A stretch of 48,415 nt of DNA from an uncultured Nitrososphaerota archaeon. Lineage in GTDB: Archaea > Korarchaeota > Korarchaeia > Korarchaeales > Korarchaeaceae. Positions within the stretch are counted from its first letter, which is position 1. The number at the start of each line of letters is the position of its first letter. A model generated the notes under the pieces. That model saw nothing but the letters and a program-made list of their open reading frames with translations, was not told the DNA's origin and did not search any database. A program made the translations under genes and the position numbers. The stretch spans positions 1 to 48,415 of the forward strand of contig CAZQNA010000011.1 in the NCBI GenBank assembly GCA_964594835.1, written 5' to 3'. Positions 1 to 9,717 of the stretch are shown here, piece by piece.

Positions 1-225
1 TCTGGAAACTGATGATGCTATCGGTGGCGATGGTAACAATCGTTGGTGGAATGTGAGAGAGGGTAAACTCTTCGGAAAGCCTCGCTTTCCTAGTCCTCGT
101 TCCACTCGGAGAATATAACAGCGGATAATACGGTTCGCCTTCGGCTCCCCAAACCCACTTCGTGGGCTTATTCGCAATTGTTTATACCAACAATAAGTTA
201 ACAGAACCCACAACCGTAAGAGTGA

Positions 226-1367
226 GTGGTCGTCGTGAGGGCGACTTCGCTCCTGAAGGCCTCTCTCCTAGCCCTCGTCGTCTTGACTCCGACAATACTC
301 CTACTGGGAGTTCTCTCCAGGTCAAGTGAACCCACGGGAGTGGCAGGCGGCTTTCCTTCTACACCCGCAGCCCCCGGAGGCCGGGCAGAGAACTCCTCTG
401 GAGGCCCCCTGAGGGAGATCAGGGGGATTCAGCTGAGCCTGGATCAGCCTCCGGGTTCGGGTGTTCGGGGCCAGACTGGATCAACGTGAGCGTGGAGGAA
501 CTGAAAGGGCTGAAAAACTCGTCCTGTCCCGTGGGCTGGGGGCCACCCCCGGGACCCCCGCTCGACGAGCTGGTGGAGGTCCCTCGGGAGATTGTCCAAT
601 CGGTCATCAGGGAGCTGGAAATCCGCGTTCCGACGTATCACCCGGCTGGGCTCAGGCTGGTGGCCGTCGTGGTTCCGGGGCGTAGTGAGGATGACGCCCT
701 CCGCGTGGTCGGTCAGGCACTGAGGTACGGGGACCCTAGCCCCCTCATACTCCAGTTCGCCTTTGGGGGAAGGAATCTGTCCACCTACTACCGCGCGCGC
801 CGCGCGCGAGGCGACTGGACGTACGAGGTGTACGCGTACCTCCCCACCGGCGAGCTGGTGGAGTTCATGGGGTCCATGGTCCCGCCCGAGGGGTGCCGCG
901 AGCACGCGCTTGGGCCGAAGCCGGTCCGCGTGAGGGGAACCGAGATCCCGCTCGACTCGTTGAGGGAGTTTGACCCCAGGCTCCGATTCCCGTCCTGGCT
1001 GCCGGACAACCTCACGCTGGCGGGGGTGCTCATCCCAGAGAACAGCTGGAACAACTCGCTGCTGCTGGTCTTCTCGAACTACAGCGGAGGGGCCCTGAGG
1101 GAGGTTGGGTACTACAACGTCCCGGCTCCGTGGCTCCCCGACGGACCTCTGCTGGTCGCGTGGGTCGACAGGCTGGAGGAGGGAGCCTTCGTCTTCCCGG
1201 AGGGCGTGAGGGAGGTCGATGTGAGCGGGCTGAGGGTCTACGTCTGGCCGGAGGCGCCCGACAATCCGGTCAAGATCTCCGCCTGGATAGACGGGCTCCT
1301 GTACACGGTACAGGGGTACTACCCGCTGGACGACCTCCTCAGGGTGGTGGAATCGATCGCGGGATGA
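226..1367 (+). CDS. Secreted or membrane-anchored protein with two repeated outer domains; interrupted reading frame (226..489 and 486..1367)
   Basis: 226..489 supplies an N-terminal signal anchor. The frame of 486..1367 is open upstream to at least about 390. The C-terminus (VYVWPE...YTVQGYYPLDDLLRVVESI) is clearly paralogous to 31492..32676. The frame is restored by +1 C in the C5 run at 405-409 or by removing 405..433. Confidence 0.65.
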
Positions 1368-1511
1368 CCAGAGGAATCCCACGGATTTCTCCTGGAAATC
1401 GTATGAGGGGCCCTTGGTGCGGCGATCAACGGTCTCACGCGTCGCTGCCCGCCCACCTTCCCCGTCTCTCGAGAACTAACCCTCCACCAGTGCTTAGATC
1501 CGCGACTAAGG

Positions 1512-1547
1512 TTTAATTGGGAGTCATACCATATCGACTTGTATGAC
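1512..1547 (+). promoter_or_regulatory. TATA-like box and inverted-repeat operator of vapBC
   Basis: TTTAAT at 1512-1517; GTCATAC-N11-GTATGAC inverted repeat at 1523-1547 overlapping the antitoxin start. Confidence 0.5.
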
Positions 1548-1782
1548 AGTAATTACGGTAAGGATCGACGAGGAGACCAGGAGGCTGATGGAGCGGATCA
1601 AAATAAACTGGAGCGAGTTCATCAGGCGGGCTATCAGGGAGAAGATCGCCGAGGAGAGGAGGAAGAACCTGGCAAAGGCCGTCCTGATCAACGAGAGGGT
1701 GAGAAAGAAGAGCAGAGGTGAGGAGAGGGCCGAGGAGATAATCAGGAGGTTCCGAGATGAGAGGTACGGAGATCGTCGTTGA
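1543..1782 (+). CDS. vapB: VapB-type antitoxin (RHH/CopG-like)
   Basis: MTVITVRIDEETRRLMERIKINWSEFIRRAI; overlaps a downstream PIN gene. Confidence 0.85.
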   Translation: MTVITVRIDEETRRLMERIKINWSEFIRRAIREKIAEERRKNLAKAVLINERVRKKSRGEERAEEIIRRFRDERYGDRR

Positions 1783-2185
1783 TGCCAGCGTCGTGGTGAA
1801 GTGGTTCGTTGAGGAGGAGGGCTCTGAGGAGGCGCTGAAGCTGAGGGACAGGTACATCGACGGAGAGGTGGAGATAGCGGCCCCAGAACTCATCACGTTC
1901 GAGGTGCTCAACGCCCTCCTCTACAAGGGGCTGTTCACCGAGGAGGAGATGGCACAGATTCACGAGGCGTTGGAGGCCTACTCTTTTTCCCTCTACCCGC
2001 TCAGGGGGGACTATGCGAGAAAGACGCTGGAGCTGGCGCTCAGAAATCAAATAACGATCTACGACGCATCCTACGTTGCCCTGGCCCTGGTCAGGGGGAC
2101 TCACCTCTACACCGCCGATGAGAGGCTAGTGAGGAGGCTGGGGGAGCCCTACTCCAAGTACGTCAGGGGGCTGGGGGAGGTTTAG
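1757..2185 (+). CDS. vapC: VapC PIN-domain toxin
   Basis: IVVDASVVVKWF, E motif, ITIYDASYVALA, LYTADERL. Confidence 0.92.
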   Translation: MRGTEIVVDASVVVKWFVEEEGSEEALKLRDRYIDGEVEIAAPELITFEVLNALLYKGLFTEEEMAQIHEALEAYSFSLYPLRGDYARKTLELALRNQITIYDASYVALALVRGTHLYTADERLVRRLGEPYSKYVRGLGEV

Positions 2186-2343
2186 CCTCTCCCCCAGAGT
2201 CCCGACCTCTAAGCGCCTCGGGAGGGCCGAGTCGAAAGCGGCCCGGTGGCCCACGCCGGGGCAAAGCCAGCCCTGGGGGCTGGGGTACGGCGGGCCAGGG
2301 TCGTGCGTTGGCTGTGTGGGGCTAGGGACCGCTAAGGGAGCGG

Positions 2344-2739
2344 TCAGGGGAGCACCCTGACCCCCTCCTCTCCCGCAGCCCTGGCCTGGCCTGCGTCGAA
2401 GGTGAGCAGCGGCAGGGACTCTCTCAGCGCGAGGACCACGTAGATCGAGTCGTACACGGTGATCCCGTGCTTGAGGGCCAGCTCGAAGGCCGCGTCCACG
2501 AGATCCGACTGGGGGCGTGTCACCACGTTTCCGGCGAAGAACTCCCTGAGTATTGAGAGGGCTTCTCTGGACTCCGCCCTCGACAGCCTCCCTGATAGCG
2601 CGGCGGCCCAGACCGCGTTTGCGGCCTCCTTCAGGGCCAGCTCAACCGAGATGAAGAGCGCGGAGAGGTTCAAGAGATCCTCCCAGCCCTCCTCCTTCAG
2701 CACTATCGCGGCCAGGGCCGAGGCGTCAATGACTATCAC
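2344..2739 (-). CDS. vapC: VapC PIN-domain toxin
   Basis: MIVIDASAL, ITVYDSIYV, LLTFD. Confidence 0.92.
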   Translation of the reverse strand: MIVIDASALAAIVLKEEGWEDLLNLSALFISVELALKEAANAVWAAALSGRLSRAESREALSILREFFAGNVVTRPQSDLVDAAFELALKHGITVYDSIYVVLALRESLPLLTFDAGQARAAGEEGVRVLP

Positions 2740-2959
2740 GGTCCCCCCTCACGAGGCTCGCCGAGGTCCCCCTCGGGACCGACCAGCCGGCGCTCCTCAG
2801 CCTCGCCCTGACCCTCTCCCTGCTCCTCCGGGCCTCCACCTCCCTTATTCTCATCTCGACGAATTTTCTGAGTTCCTCAGGCCAGTTTACCTCTCCTTTG
2901 AGCTCCTCCATCTTCCTCTTTATCTCTCTTCTCACCTTGAAGGCAACTACCTCGGACAC
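2726..2959 (-). CDS. vapB: VapB-type antitoxin
   Basis: MSEVVAFKVRREIKRKMEEL..VNWPEELRKF..LVRGDRDSH, coupled to a PIN gene. Confidence 0.85.
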   Translation of the reverse strand: MSEVVAFKVRREIKRKMEELKGEVNWPEELRKFVEMRIREVEARRSRERVRARLRSAGWSVPRGTSASLVRGDRDSH

Positions 2960-3252
2960 ACATGGTTTACCATCTGGTTAAATTAAGGGTTAACCGCCCG
3001 CGAGCCGGGGGACCTAGCGAGGGCGCCATCCCAGTAGAAGGGTGACTGCTCGAGATCAGCCGCCTGGGGGACTCTCTGGGGCGACTCCATCTCTTCTCTC
3101 TCCCCAGTCCGGAGTGGCCTGAGCCTGGGCAGCCGGCAGGGGGTTCGGATGAGGTGGAGGCTCTTTGGAGTCAATCCCCCGTTAATACAAAAGTTAAAGG
3201 TGTTAATCGTATGTGAAGAGAAGCTTATATCCGAGAGAGCGCAGATATCGTA

Positions 3253-5535
3253 ATGGTCAGGCCTCCCGTCAGGTGGTTCTTGGCGGCGGCCCTCGCGGCC
3301 CTCCTGGCCCCGCCCGGGATACCCTCGCTGGGGGGAGGTCAACCCTCCGCGCAACCGGGGACGGTCTCCACGCAGCCACTGGTGGTGATCCTCGCCAACT
3401 CTATCGACAGGGAGCTTGCGGGAGACCTGATAGACCTCCTCTCGTTCATCGGGTTCGAGGTCCAGGTCGTGGGGGCGGGAGAGCTCTCCACGGTAGCCGA
3501 CGCGCCGAGGATCATAATCCTGGGAGGGCCTGACGCCTACGAGGGAGTCGGGGCTATCGTCAGGACCCTCCTGAACTCGAGCCTGCAGGAGGCTGTGAGG
3601 GCCCCAGGGGCCAGCTTCATCGTGGCCTTCAGGGACGTCTGGGCGGACGGGCAGGTAGTGGTGGTGGCCGCCGGGAGCGACAGGTACGGGACCCAGAGGG
3701 CCCACAGGGAGGGCCGCCAGAGCTTGCTCGAGAAGGTAGCCCCTCCCCTGGAGGTTCGGGGCAGAGAGGAGCTGGGGGGCGTCGTGATCACCACCGGCCT
3801 CGCGGTCGCCCCAGGGGGGAGGCTTGAGCTCTCGGACGACCTCCTCCTCGTGTCGCTCGGGCCAGTGTCGATAGAGGGGGAGGTCGTGGGGGACTGCAGG
3901 TCCCTGGCGATAGTCGCCAACTCCAGCGTTTCCCTGCTGAACTCCCTGGTGAACGTCTCCTGCGCGACCCAGAGGGTGCCGCCGGGGATCCCCGAGGAGA
4001 ACTACACCGGCCCGGGCCTGCTCATATGGGGGCAGGGGAACGTCACGATAGAGAACTCCACCCTGGTGGGAGAGGGTGACATTCTGCTCTCGAACGGGCC
4101 CAACCCGGCCGATCTGGCGAATGTCTCGATGTCAGGGGGCAACTTCTCCCACGGGATGGGCTGGCAGGCTCCCGCGCTGGGTGGGGCGATCCCCGCTTGG
4201 TGGAGGCCCGGCTGGCCCCTCCCGCCCATGTTTCCGCCAGGCCCCCCGCCGCAGCCCCCGGCAGGCGCCAGGATCCCGAGGAACTTCATCGTCAGGAGGG
4301 GGAGGGTGGTACAGCGAAACAGGTTCGGCTGCAGGTGGTTTGGCGGATCTCCGTACATCCTGTTCTCGGCGTTTGGAAACCTCTACCTCGACGGGGTGGA
4401 GATCCAGTCGAGGGACGGCAGGGATGGGTGTGACAAGACCGGCAGGGGGACCGTGAGGGCGGGTAGAGGGGAGAACGGGGCGTCCATATGGATATTCGTG
4501 GACGGCTGGTTCCCATTCGGGCTGGACATTTCGGGGAGGCTGATCATGAACTCGACGACTCTGGAGACGGGCTGGGGAGGGGACGGAGGAGACGCGACGG
4601 CCGAGCCGGGCCCCGACGGGAACGCCAAGGCCTACGGAGGAGACGGAGGCAGGGGGGGCGAGATAAGAGTCGAGGCGGTCGCAGGGATAGAGCTGCGCGG
4701 CCAGAACAGGTTCAAGGCTGGCTGGGGAGGGGACGGAGGAGACGCGGAGGCGCACGGTAGGGACGGGAACCCCGGGTGCCCCGGCGGAAGGGGAGGGAAC
4801 GCCGAGGCCTACGGCGGGAACGGGGGAGGAGGGGCCTGGGTCCTGATCAGGAGCCCCGGGGTCACCGGGCCGAACCCGGTGGTCACGGAGGGCCAAGGTG
4901 GTGATGGAGGAGACGCCTACGCCTTCCCGGGAGACGGAGGGCTGGGCAACGGACCCGGGTGCGCAGGCGGCAGGGGAGGAGACGCCGTGGCCGTCGGGGG
5001 AGATGGAGGAAAGGCCATCCTGCGTGGAGTGGCGCCGAGAGGGGGCTTCGTCGGAGGAGACGGGGGAGACGCCTACGTCAGGGGAGGGAACGGCGGCAGG
5101 GGAGGGAACGGTTGCGTGGAGGGCGAAGTGGGACCCGGCGGAGACGGAGGGAGAGGAGGAGACGTCAGGGCCTGGTCAGGCGCTGGCGGGAAGGGCACTC
5201 TGGGGAACGGGGAGCCGGGAGACGTCGAGCTGGAGAACGCGAGCAACGGGGGTAGGGGAGGAGACGGGAGCCCTCCGGGCTCCGGAGGGGCCCCAGGGAC
5301 GGCGGACCTGAACGCCAGGGGAGGGAGCGTCAGCAAGCCCGACTCGCTCCAGAAGGGAGGGGACGGGGCTCCCTGCGAGCTGCCCGGCCTGGAGTCCCGC
5401 CGCGCCGGCCCCGCGGGGAGGGGCGGGAGAGGAGTGGACCTCTTGACGGCCGGTCTACCGGCGCAGGCAGTCGCCCTGCTCACCGTGATCTGGCTGGCTA
5501 GGCGCAGGGGCCGAGAGGTCGGCGCGGGCGGGTAG
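3253..5535 (+). CDS. Cell-surface protein with S-layer/cell-wall-binding-like N-domain, long Gly-rich (GGxGGxG) region and C-terminal membrane anchor
   Basis: Signal peptide; IIILGGPDA...AGSDRYGT; many GGDGGDA/GGRGG repeats; hydrophobic helix followed by RRR near the C-terminus; TATA-like sequence upstream. Confidence 0.8.
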   Translation: MVRPPVRWFLAAALAALLAPPGIPSLGGGQPSAQPGTVSTQPLVVILANSIDRELAGDLIDLLSFIGFEVQVVGAGELSTVADAPRIIILGGPDAYEGVGAIVRTLLNSSLQEAVRAPGASFIVAFRDVWADGQVVVVAAGSDRYGTQRAHREGRQSLLEKVAPPLEVRGREELGGVVITTGLAVAPGGRLELSDDLLLVSLGPVSIEGEVVGDCRSLAIVANSSVSLLNSLVNVSCATQRVPPGIPEENYTGPGLLIWGQGNVTIENSTLVGEGDILLSNGPNPADLANVSMSGGNFSHGMGWQAPALGGAIPAWWRPGWPLPPMFPPGPPPQPPAGARIPRNFIVRRGRVVQRNRFGCRWFGGSPYILFSAFGNLYLDGVEIQSRDGRDGCDKTGRGTVRAGRGENGASIWIFVDGWFPFGLDISGRLIMNSTTLETGWGGDGGDATAEPGPDGNAKAYGGDGGRGGEIRVEAVAGIELRGQNRFKAGWGGDGGDAEAHGRDGNPGCPGGRGGNAEAYGGNGGGGAWVLIRSPGVTGPNPVVTEGQGGDGGDAYAFPGDGGLGNGPGCAGGRGGDAVAVGGDGGKAILRGVAPRGGFVGGDGGDAYVRGGNGGRGGNGCVEGEVGPGGDGGRGGDVRAWSGAGGKGTLGNGEPGDVELENASNGGRGGDGSPPGSGGAPGTADLNARGGSVSKPDSLQKGGDGAPCELPGLESRRAGPAGRGGRGVDLLTAGLPAQAVALLTVIWLARRRGREVGAGG

Positions 5536-5662
5536 GCCGTGGGGAGCGCCGGCCGGGGGGCGGGGCCGGCCGAGTTCGGAGCGGCAGAGCGACCCTCTGA
5601 GCCCCCCGGGCCGGGGGAACCGATAATAGGGAGCATCGCAGGAGTGGGCCAGGTGCGCTCGG

Positions 5663-6178
5663 GTGGGCAGCAAGCTCCTAGACTCGGTCGCCCTGGAGCG
5701 GGGCTTCAGGCTGGCGGTGGCGCCCCTCTCAGTGCCGGGGGAGGTCAGCATGGACCTCCTTCAGGACCTGTGCTCCGACCCAGCGGAGGAGTTCGCCCTG
5801 ATGGTCAGGTGGGAGGCCGTGGCCTCCTGGAGGCACGCGGCCCTCGCCGCCCGCAGGGCCCTGAGGGCCTTCAGGTCTGGGAGAGGGCTTGGCAGGACGC
5901 TCGCCACGGAGTTCGCGGCCTGCCTTGCGGGGATCCGCCAGCTGTCCCAGGCCCTTCGCCTGCTGAGCCCCTCCGGCGGGAGGTGCACGGCAGTCTGCCT
6001 GCTCAGGGACCTCGACCCCCTGGAGGAGAGGCTTAGATCCCTGGGGGCCGTCAGGATAGGGTACCCGAGCCCGACGGAGGTCCTGTCCCTACTGGGCTAC
6101 TCCGGGAGAGCGGGGTGCTCCGGGAGCGGTGAGGCGCTGGCCATGGAGGCGTCCGCGAGGGTTGAGCTCGAGAGGTAG
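5663..6178 (+). CDS. cgi121: KEOPS complex subunit Cgi121 (divergent)
   Basis: H..LAARRALRAF...RTLATEF...LAGIRQLSQAL pattern; bud32 nearby. Confidence 0.7.
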   Translation: MGSKLLDSVALERGFRLAVAPLSVPGEVSMDLLQDLCSDPAEEFALMVRWEAVASWRHAALAARRALRAFRSGRGLGRTLATEFAACLAGIRQLSQALRLLSPSGGRCTAVCLLRDLDPLEERLRSLGAVRIGYPSPTEVLSLLGYSGRAGCSGSGEALAMEASARVELER

Positions 6179-6221
6179 CCTCCCCCGCAGAACTTTTAGA
6201 TTGGAGATCGCCGCGCGCCCG

Positions 6222-6569
6222 GTGACCCTCTTGTCGGAGGAGGGACGCGAATACGTCGAGGCGAGGTACAGACAGCTGCTAGAGAGGCTCGAGACGCTGA
6301 GGAGTCAGATAGCCACACTGACCGCCACGGTCCAGTCTGCCAGGCAGGCGCTCCAGAGGCTGGAGAAGCTGGAGGGCGTAGAGACCGTGTACGAGAGGGC
6401 CGGTCACATACTGATCCCAAGGACGAGGGATGAGGCTCTAGAAGAGCTGAAGCTCTCCGTTCAGGCCTCCGAGTCCGTCCTGAAGAAGTACCAAGAGGAG
6501 GAGCGGGAGGTTCGGGCCGAGCTCAGGCAGCTGATAGAGGGCCTCAGCTCCGGCGGCGCGGGCTCCTGA
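6222..6569 (+). CDS. pfdB: Prefoldin beta subunit
   Basis: Coiled coil, then ETVYERAGHILIP hairpin, then coiled coil; start chosen at GTG 6222. Confidence 0.75.
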   Translation: MTLLSEEGREYVEARYRQLLERLETLRSQIATLTATVQSARQALQRLEKLEGVETVYERAGHILIPRTRDEALEELKLSVQASESVLKKYQEEEREVRAELRQLIEGLSSGGAGS

Positions 6570-6605
6570 CTCGCCGCTAGGGGCCAGATCGGACCCGGGA
6601 TCCGC

Positions 6606-8009
6606 TCACCGCCTCGTCGTCTCGGCGAGCAGGTCAACGAGCCTCTGGAGTCTGGACGCGGGGATCGAGAGGCCGGCCGCGGCCGAGTGGCCGCCCCCCT
6701 CCCCTCCCAGCTCCTCGGCCGCCCTCGAGGCGAGCTCTCCGGCGTCCAGGCCGGACTCTCTGCCCCACCGGGTTAGCCTCAGGGAGAGCTTGACGAGCCC
6801 AGAGCGCTCGGGCTCCTCCGCCGCGACCGCCACCAGCAGCACCCCCTCCTCAGGCGGGGACCTCGCCGCTATGGAGGCCACCGGGCTGGTCAGGGTGTCC
6901 CTCAGCCTCCCCCTGCCGTCGACGAACAGGACGCCGCCCTCGACCCGCTGGACCTCTCCCAGGACGTCGAGGAACTGGGCCAGCTCCCTCCTGTAGTCGG
7001 AGAGCACCCGAGTGGCCGCCTCGAGGGCGCGGCCCCTCCTGCCCAGGCCCAGGGCCAGGCCAACGTCGGCGCGGCCCATCCTGCCGCACGCGTTCAGCAC
7101 GGTGGCGAAGGTGCCGAGATCCCTCAGGGGGGACCCGGGGGGCTCGGTGAGGAGCGTGTAGACCGTCCCGAGGAGCTGATCGGGCGTCGCCCTGTGGCCA
7201 CGAGCTGAGAGCCTCTTCACGATCTCACTAAGGAGGGCGCTCCTCTGATCCTCGGTAAGGTCGGAGAGCGTCGTCATGCGGTCCCCCGTCTTCGGGGGGA
7301 TGCCCAGGCTCTCCAGCATCTCGAGGGCGCCGGAGGAACTCCCGGACGCGCCGGGTATCGGGGGGTCGACGGTCCTCTCGAGGGCGAGGAGGAGGGGGTA
7401 CTCCGGTCCCCCGAAGAGCCTGAGCTCCGTTCGCGCCTCCACGAGGCCCATCTCCGCTGCCTGCCTGAGTATCTCCTGGTTCACGCCCGAGAAGCCGTTC
7501 CTCGACTGAACGTCCCCTATGGCGCCCAGCAGGGCGAGGTGAGCCGGCCTCGGCCCGTCGGGGAGGGTCGCCCGGAAGAGGGCGTAGGCCACACCGGCGG
7601 CCGAGACCTCCTGTCCGCCGTCGATCCCCAGGTCGTGCGGGTTCAGCTCCTCCACGCCCTCGGGGGTCTCCCCGACCGGCTCGTGGTGGTCGACCACGAC
7701 CACCCTCGCACGAGAGGCCGCGCCGGAGAGGCGCTCCCTGTAGCCGGACCCCATGTCGGACACGATCAGGAGACCGTATTCGCCCAGCTCCCCGGCCAGG
7801 TCCTCGGGGAACCTCTTGACGAAGGAGGCGTGGAAGGGCCTTCCGAGCTCCAAGAGGAGCCAGGCCAGGACGGACGCCGAGCTTATGCCGTCGGCGTCTA
7901 TGTGGGAGAGCAGGCGGGCGGGCCCCCCGGGGCTCCGCAGGGCGGAGGCCGGGCCCTCTGATGCCCTCTCCACCAGCAGCCTGAACCTCTCAGAGGGCTC
8001 AGCTTGCAA
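6606..8009 (-). CDS. RecJ/GAN-like DHH phosphoesterase
   Basis: HIDADG, SDMG, VVDHH, GDVQ, GGGH motifs; typical location downstream of rps15. Confidence 0.9.
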   Translation of the reverse strand: MQAEPSERFRLLVERASEGPASALRSPGGPARLLSHIDADGISSASVLAWLLLELGRPFHASFVKRFPEDLAGELGEYGLLIVSDMGSGYRERLSGAASRARVVVVDHHEPVGETPEGVEELNPHDLGIDGGQEVSAAGVAYALFRATLPDGPRPAHLALLGAIGDVQSRNGFSGVNQEILRQAAEMGLVEARTELRLFGGPEYPLLLALERTVDPPIPGASGSSSGALEMLESLGIPPKTGDRMTTLSDLTEDQRSALLSEIVKRLSARGHRATPDQLLGTVYTLLTEPPGSPLRDLGTFATVLNACGRMGRADVGLALGLGRRGRALEAATRVLSDYRRELAQFLDVLGEVQRVEGGVLFVDGRGRLRDTLTSPVASIAARSPPEEGVLLVAVAAEEPERSGLVKLSLRLTRWGRESGLDAGELASRAAEELGGEGGGHSAAAGLSIPASRLQRLVDLLAETTRR

Positions 8010-8454
8010 GCAGCTCTGCCCTCTTCGGGTCGTACTTCCAGTCGGCCGGGAGCTTTCCGACCCTCTTGTAGTACTTCACCAGCCTGTGGATCTTGGACTC
8101 TATGAGCTGGAGCCCCCTCCTGGAGTGGAGGTCCTTCCTGTGGGTCTCGAGGTGCCTCCTGATCCTGAGGGCCCTCCTGATCAGGGCCTGCAGGTCCTCC
8201 GGGATCTCGGGGGCCGCGCCGTGCTCCGCCAGCACCCTGGTCAGCCTCTTGCCCAGGACCCTCCTGACCAGGGGGACCCCGTAAACGTCCCTCAGTATCA
8301 TGCCTATCTGGCTGGGCGGGACTCCCCTCTTGCCGAGCCTGACTATTATGTCCTCTATCTCCTCCCTGCTCAGGGAGACCCAGTCGAGGGGGACGCTGGC
8401 GGGGGGCCTCGTGGACTCGGACTTGCCCCGCTTCCTGCTGTGCATCCTGGCCAA
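7999..8454 (-). CDS. rps15: 30S ribosomal protein S15 (uS15/S13e)
   Basis: [14 protein letters not shown]...IPEDL...[24 protein letters not shown]; TTG start. Confidence 0.97.
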   Translation of the reverse strand: MARMHSRKRGKSESTRPPASVPLDWVSLSREEIEDIIVRLGKRGVPPSQIGMILRDVYGVPLVRRVLGKRLTRVLAEHGAAPEIPEDLQALIRRALRIRRHLETHRKDLHSRRGLQLIESKIHRLVKYYKRVGKLPADWKYDPKRAELLAS

Positions 8455-8496
8455 CCGCATCACCCGGCTTCCTTCCCGGCTCTCGGGCCCTCCCCG

Positions 8497-9093
8497 TTAT
8501 AAATGCTTGCGCCCCTCCGAGAGCCACTCCCCGAGCCTCCTGAGGGCCCTGTAGCGGTGCGAGTACCTGTTCTTCTCCTCCCCCAGCTCCCCGTAGGTGA
8601 GGCCGCCCGGCTCCAGGGGCTCGAAGATCGGGTCGAACCCCCACCCCCCTCCCCTGACGGACTCCGCTATCCTGCCAGGGGTCTCGCCGACCAGGGCGAC
8701 CGGCTCCGACTCCGCGTCGAGGACAACGGCCACAACCGACCTGAAGGTGGCCCTCCTGTCCCTGACTCCCCGCATGAGCCTGAGGATCCCCTCGTTGCCT
8801 ATGGTCCTGAAGGCGAAGGAGGAGTAGGGCCCTGGAAACCCCCCCAGCTCGTCTATGAAGAGGCCGGCGTCCTCCACGAAGAAGGGGGGGTCGACCCGAC
8901 CCAGGAGCCACCTGGCAGAGAAGAGGGCCACCTCCTCGAGCGTGTCGGCCTGGACCTCCGGGTACTCCATCTCCACCCACTCAACCCGGATCCCAAACCG
9001 CGCCAGGATGTCCCGGGCCTCCAGGAACTTGTGCCTGTTGTGGGTGACGAACCTGATCCATCCGCCTCCGCCCACGCGAGATCCCTCCGCCAT
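8497..9093 (-). CDS. rdgB: Non-canonical purine NTP pyrophosphatase (Ham1/RdgB)
   Basis: FVTHNRHK, EDAGL, GFPGPYS, WGFDPIF, KNRYSHR. Confidence 0.95.
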   Translation of the reverse strand: MAEGSRVGGGGWIRFVTHNRHKFLEARDILARFGIRVEWVEMEYPEVQADTLEEVALFSARWLLGRVDPPFFVEDAGLFIDELGGFPGPYSSFAFRTIGNEGILRLMRGVRDRRATFRSVVAVVLDAESEPVALVGETPGRIAESVRGGGWGFDPIFEPLEPGGLTYGELGEEKNRYSHRYRALRRLGEWLSEGRKHL

Positions 9094-9717
9094 CTAGCCG
9101 ACCCAGCTCCTGTACCTCCCCCTCCTCTCGACGGCCTCCAGCCTGACCAGCACGAGGTCTGGCATGGGGGCCGTCTCCCCGTAGCCCGAGAGGAACCTCT
9201 GGAAGAGCCCCGGGGCCTTCTCGGGGAACAGGGCCTCCAGGGACTTCTTGAGGACGTGGAGGTCCACGGCCATGTCCTCCTCGCTCTTCGAGAACTCCCC
9301 GAGCCCGAAGTCAATGAGGCAGGTCCTCCCCCCCTGGACGACCACGTTCAGCGGGGTCAGGTCGTTGTGGACGACGCCGGCAGAGTGCATCAGGCCGACC
9401 TGCCGCCCGAGGTCCTCCATGACCTCCCCGATGTCCCCTCCGCCCCGGGAGAGGAGGTCCAGCAGCGTCGGGCCCTGCACCATCTCCAGGAGCAGGGTGT
9501 CTCCCCAGACGTCCAGCACCGCCGGGCACCTCACCCCGCGGCCCTTGAGCCTCATGAGTATCCTGGCCTCGAGCCTCGTCCTGGAGGTCCTTATCCTCCA
9601 GTCGAGGTCCGGGTGCCTGTAGGCCTTCTCCACCCTCCTCTTCTCCACCGCGGGCAGCCCCCAGACGTCGACCTCGTAGACCTCCGCCTCGGCCCCCCTG
9701 TGGATCAGCCTGGCCAT
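9094..9717 (-). CDS. bud32: KEOPS kinase Bud32
   Basis: GAEAEV, KAYRHPDLD, RTRLEAR, HNDLT, LIDFGL, RGRY. Confidence 0.93.
   Translation of the reverse strand: MARLIHRGAEAEVYEVDVWGLPAVEKRRVEKAYRHPDLDWRIRTSRTRLEARILMRLKGRGVRCPAVLDVWGDTLLLEMVQGPTLLDLLSRGGGDIGEVMEDLGRQVGLMHSAGVVHNDLTPLNVVVQGGRTCLIDFGLGEFSKSEEDMAVDLHVLKKSLEALFPEKAPGLFQRFLSGYGETAPMPDLVLVRLEAVERRGRYRSWVG

Noticed and set aside
1-225. Possible gene end or C/D-box RNA (TGATGA at about 10)
   Set aside because: Truncated by the window edge, with no matching D box or recognisable product
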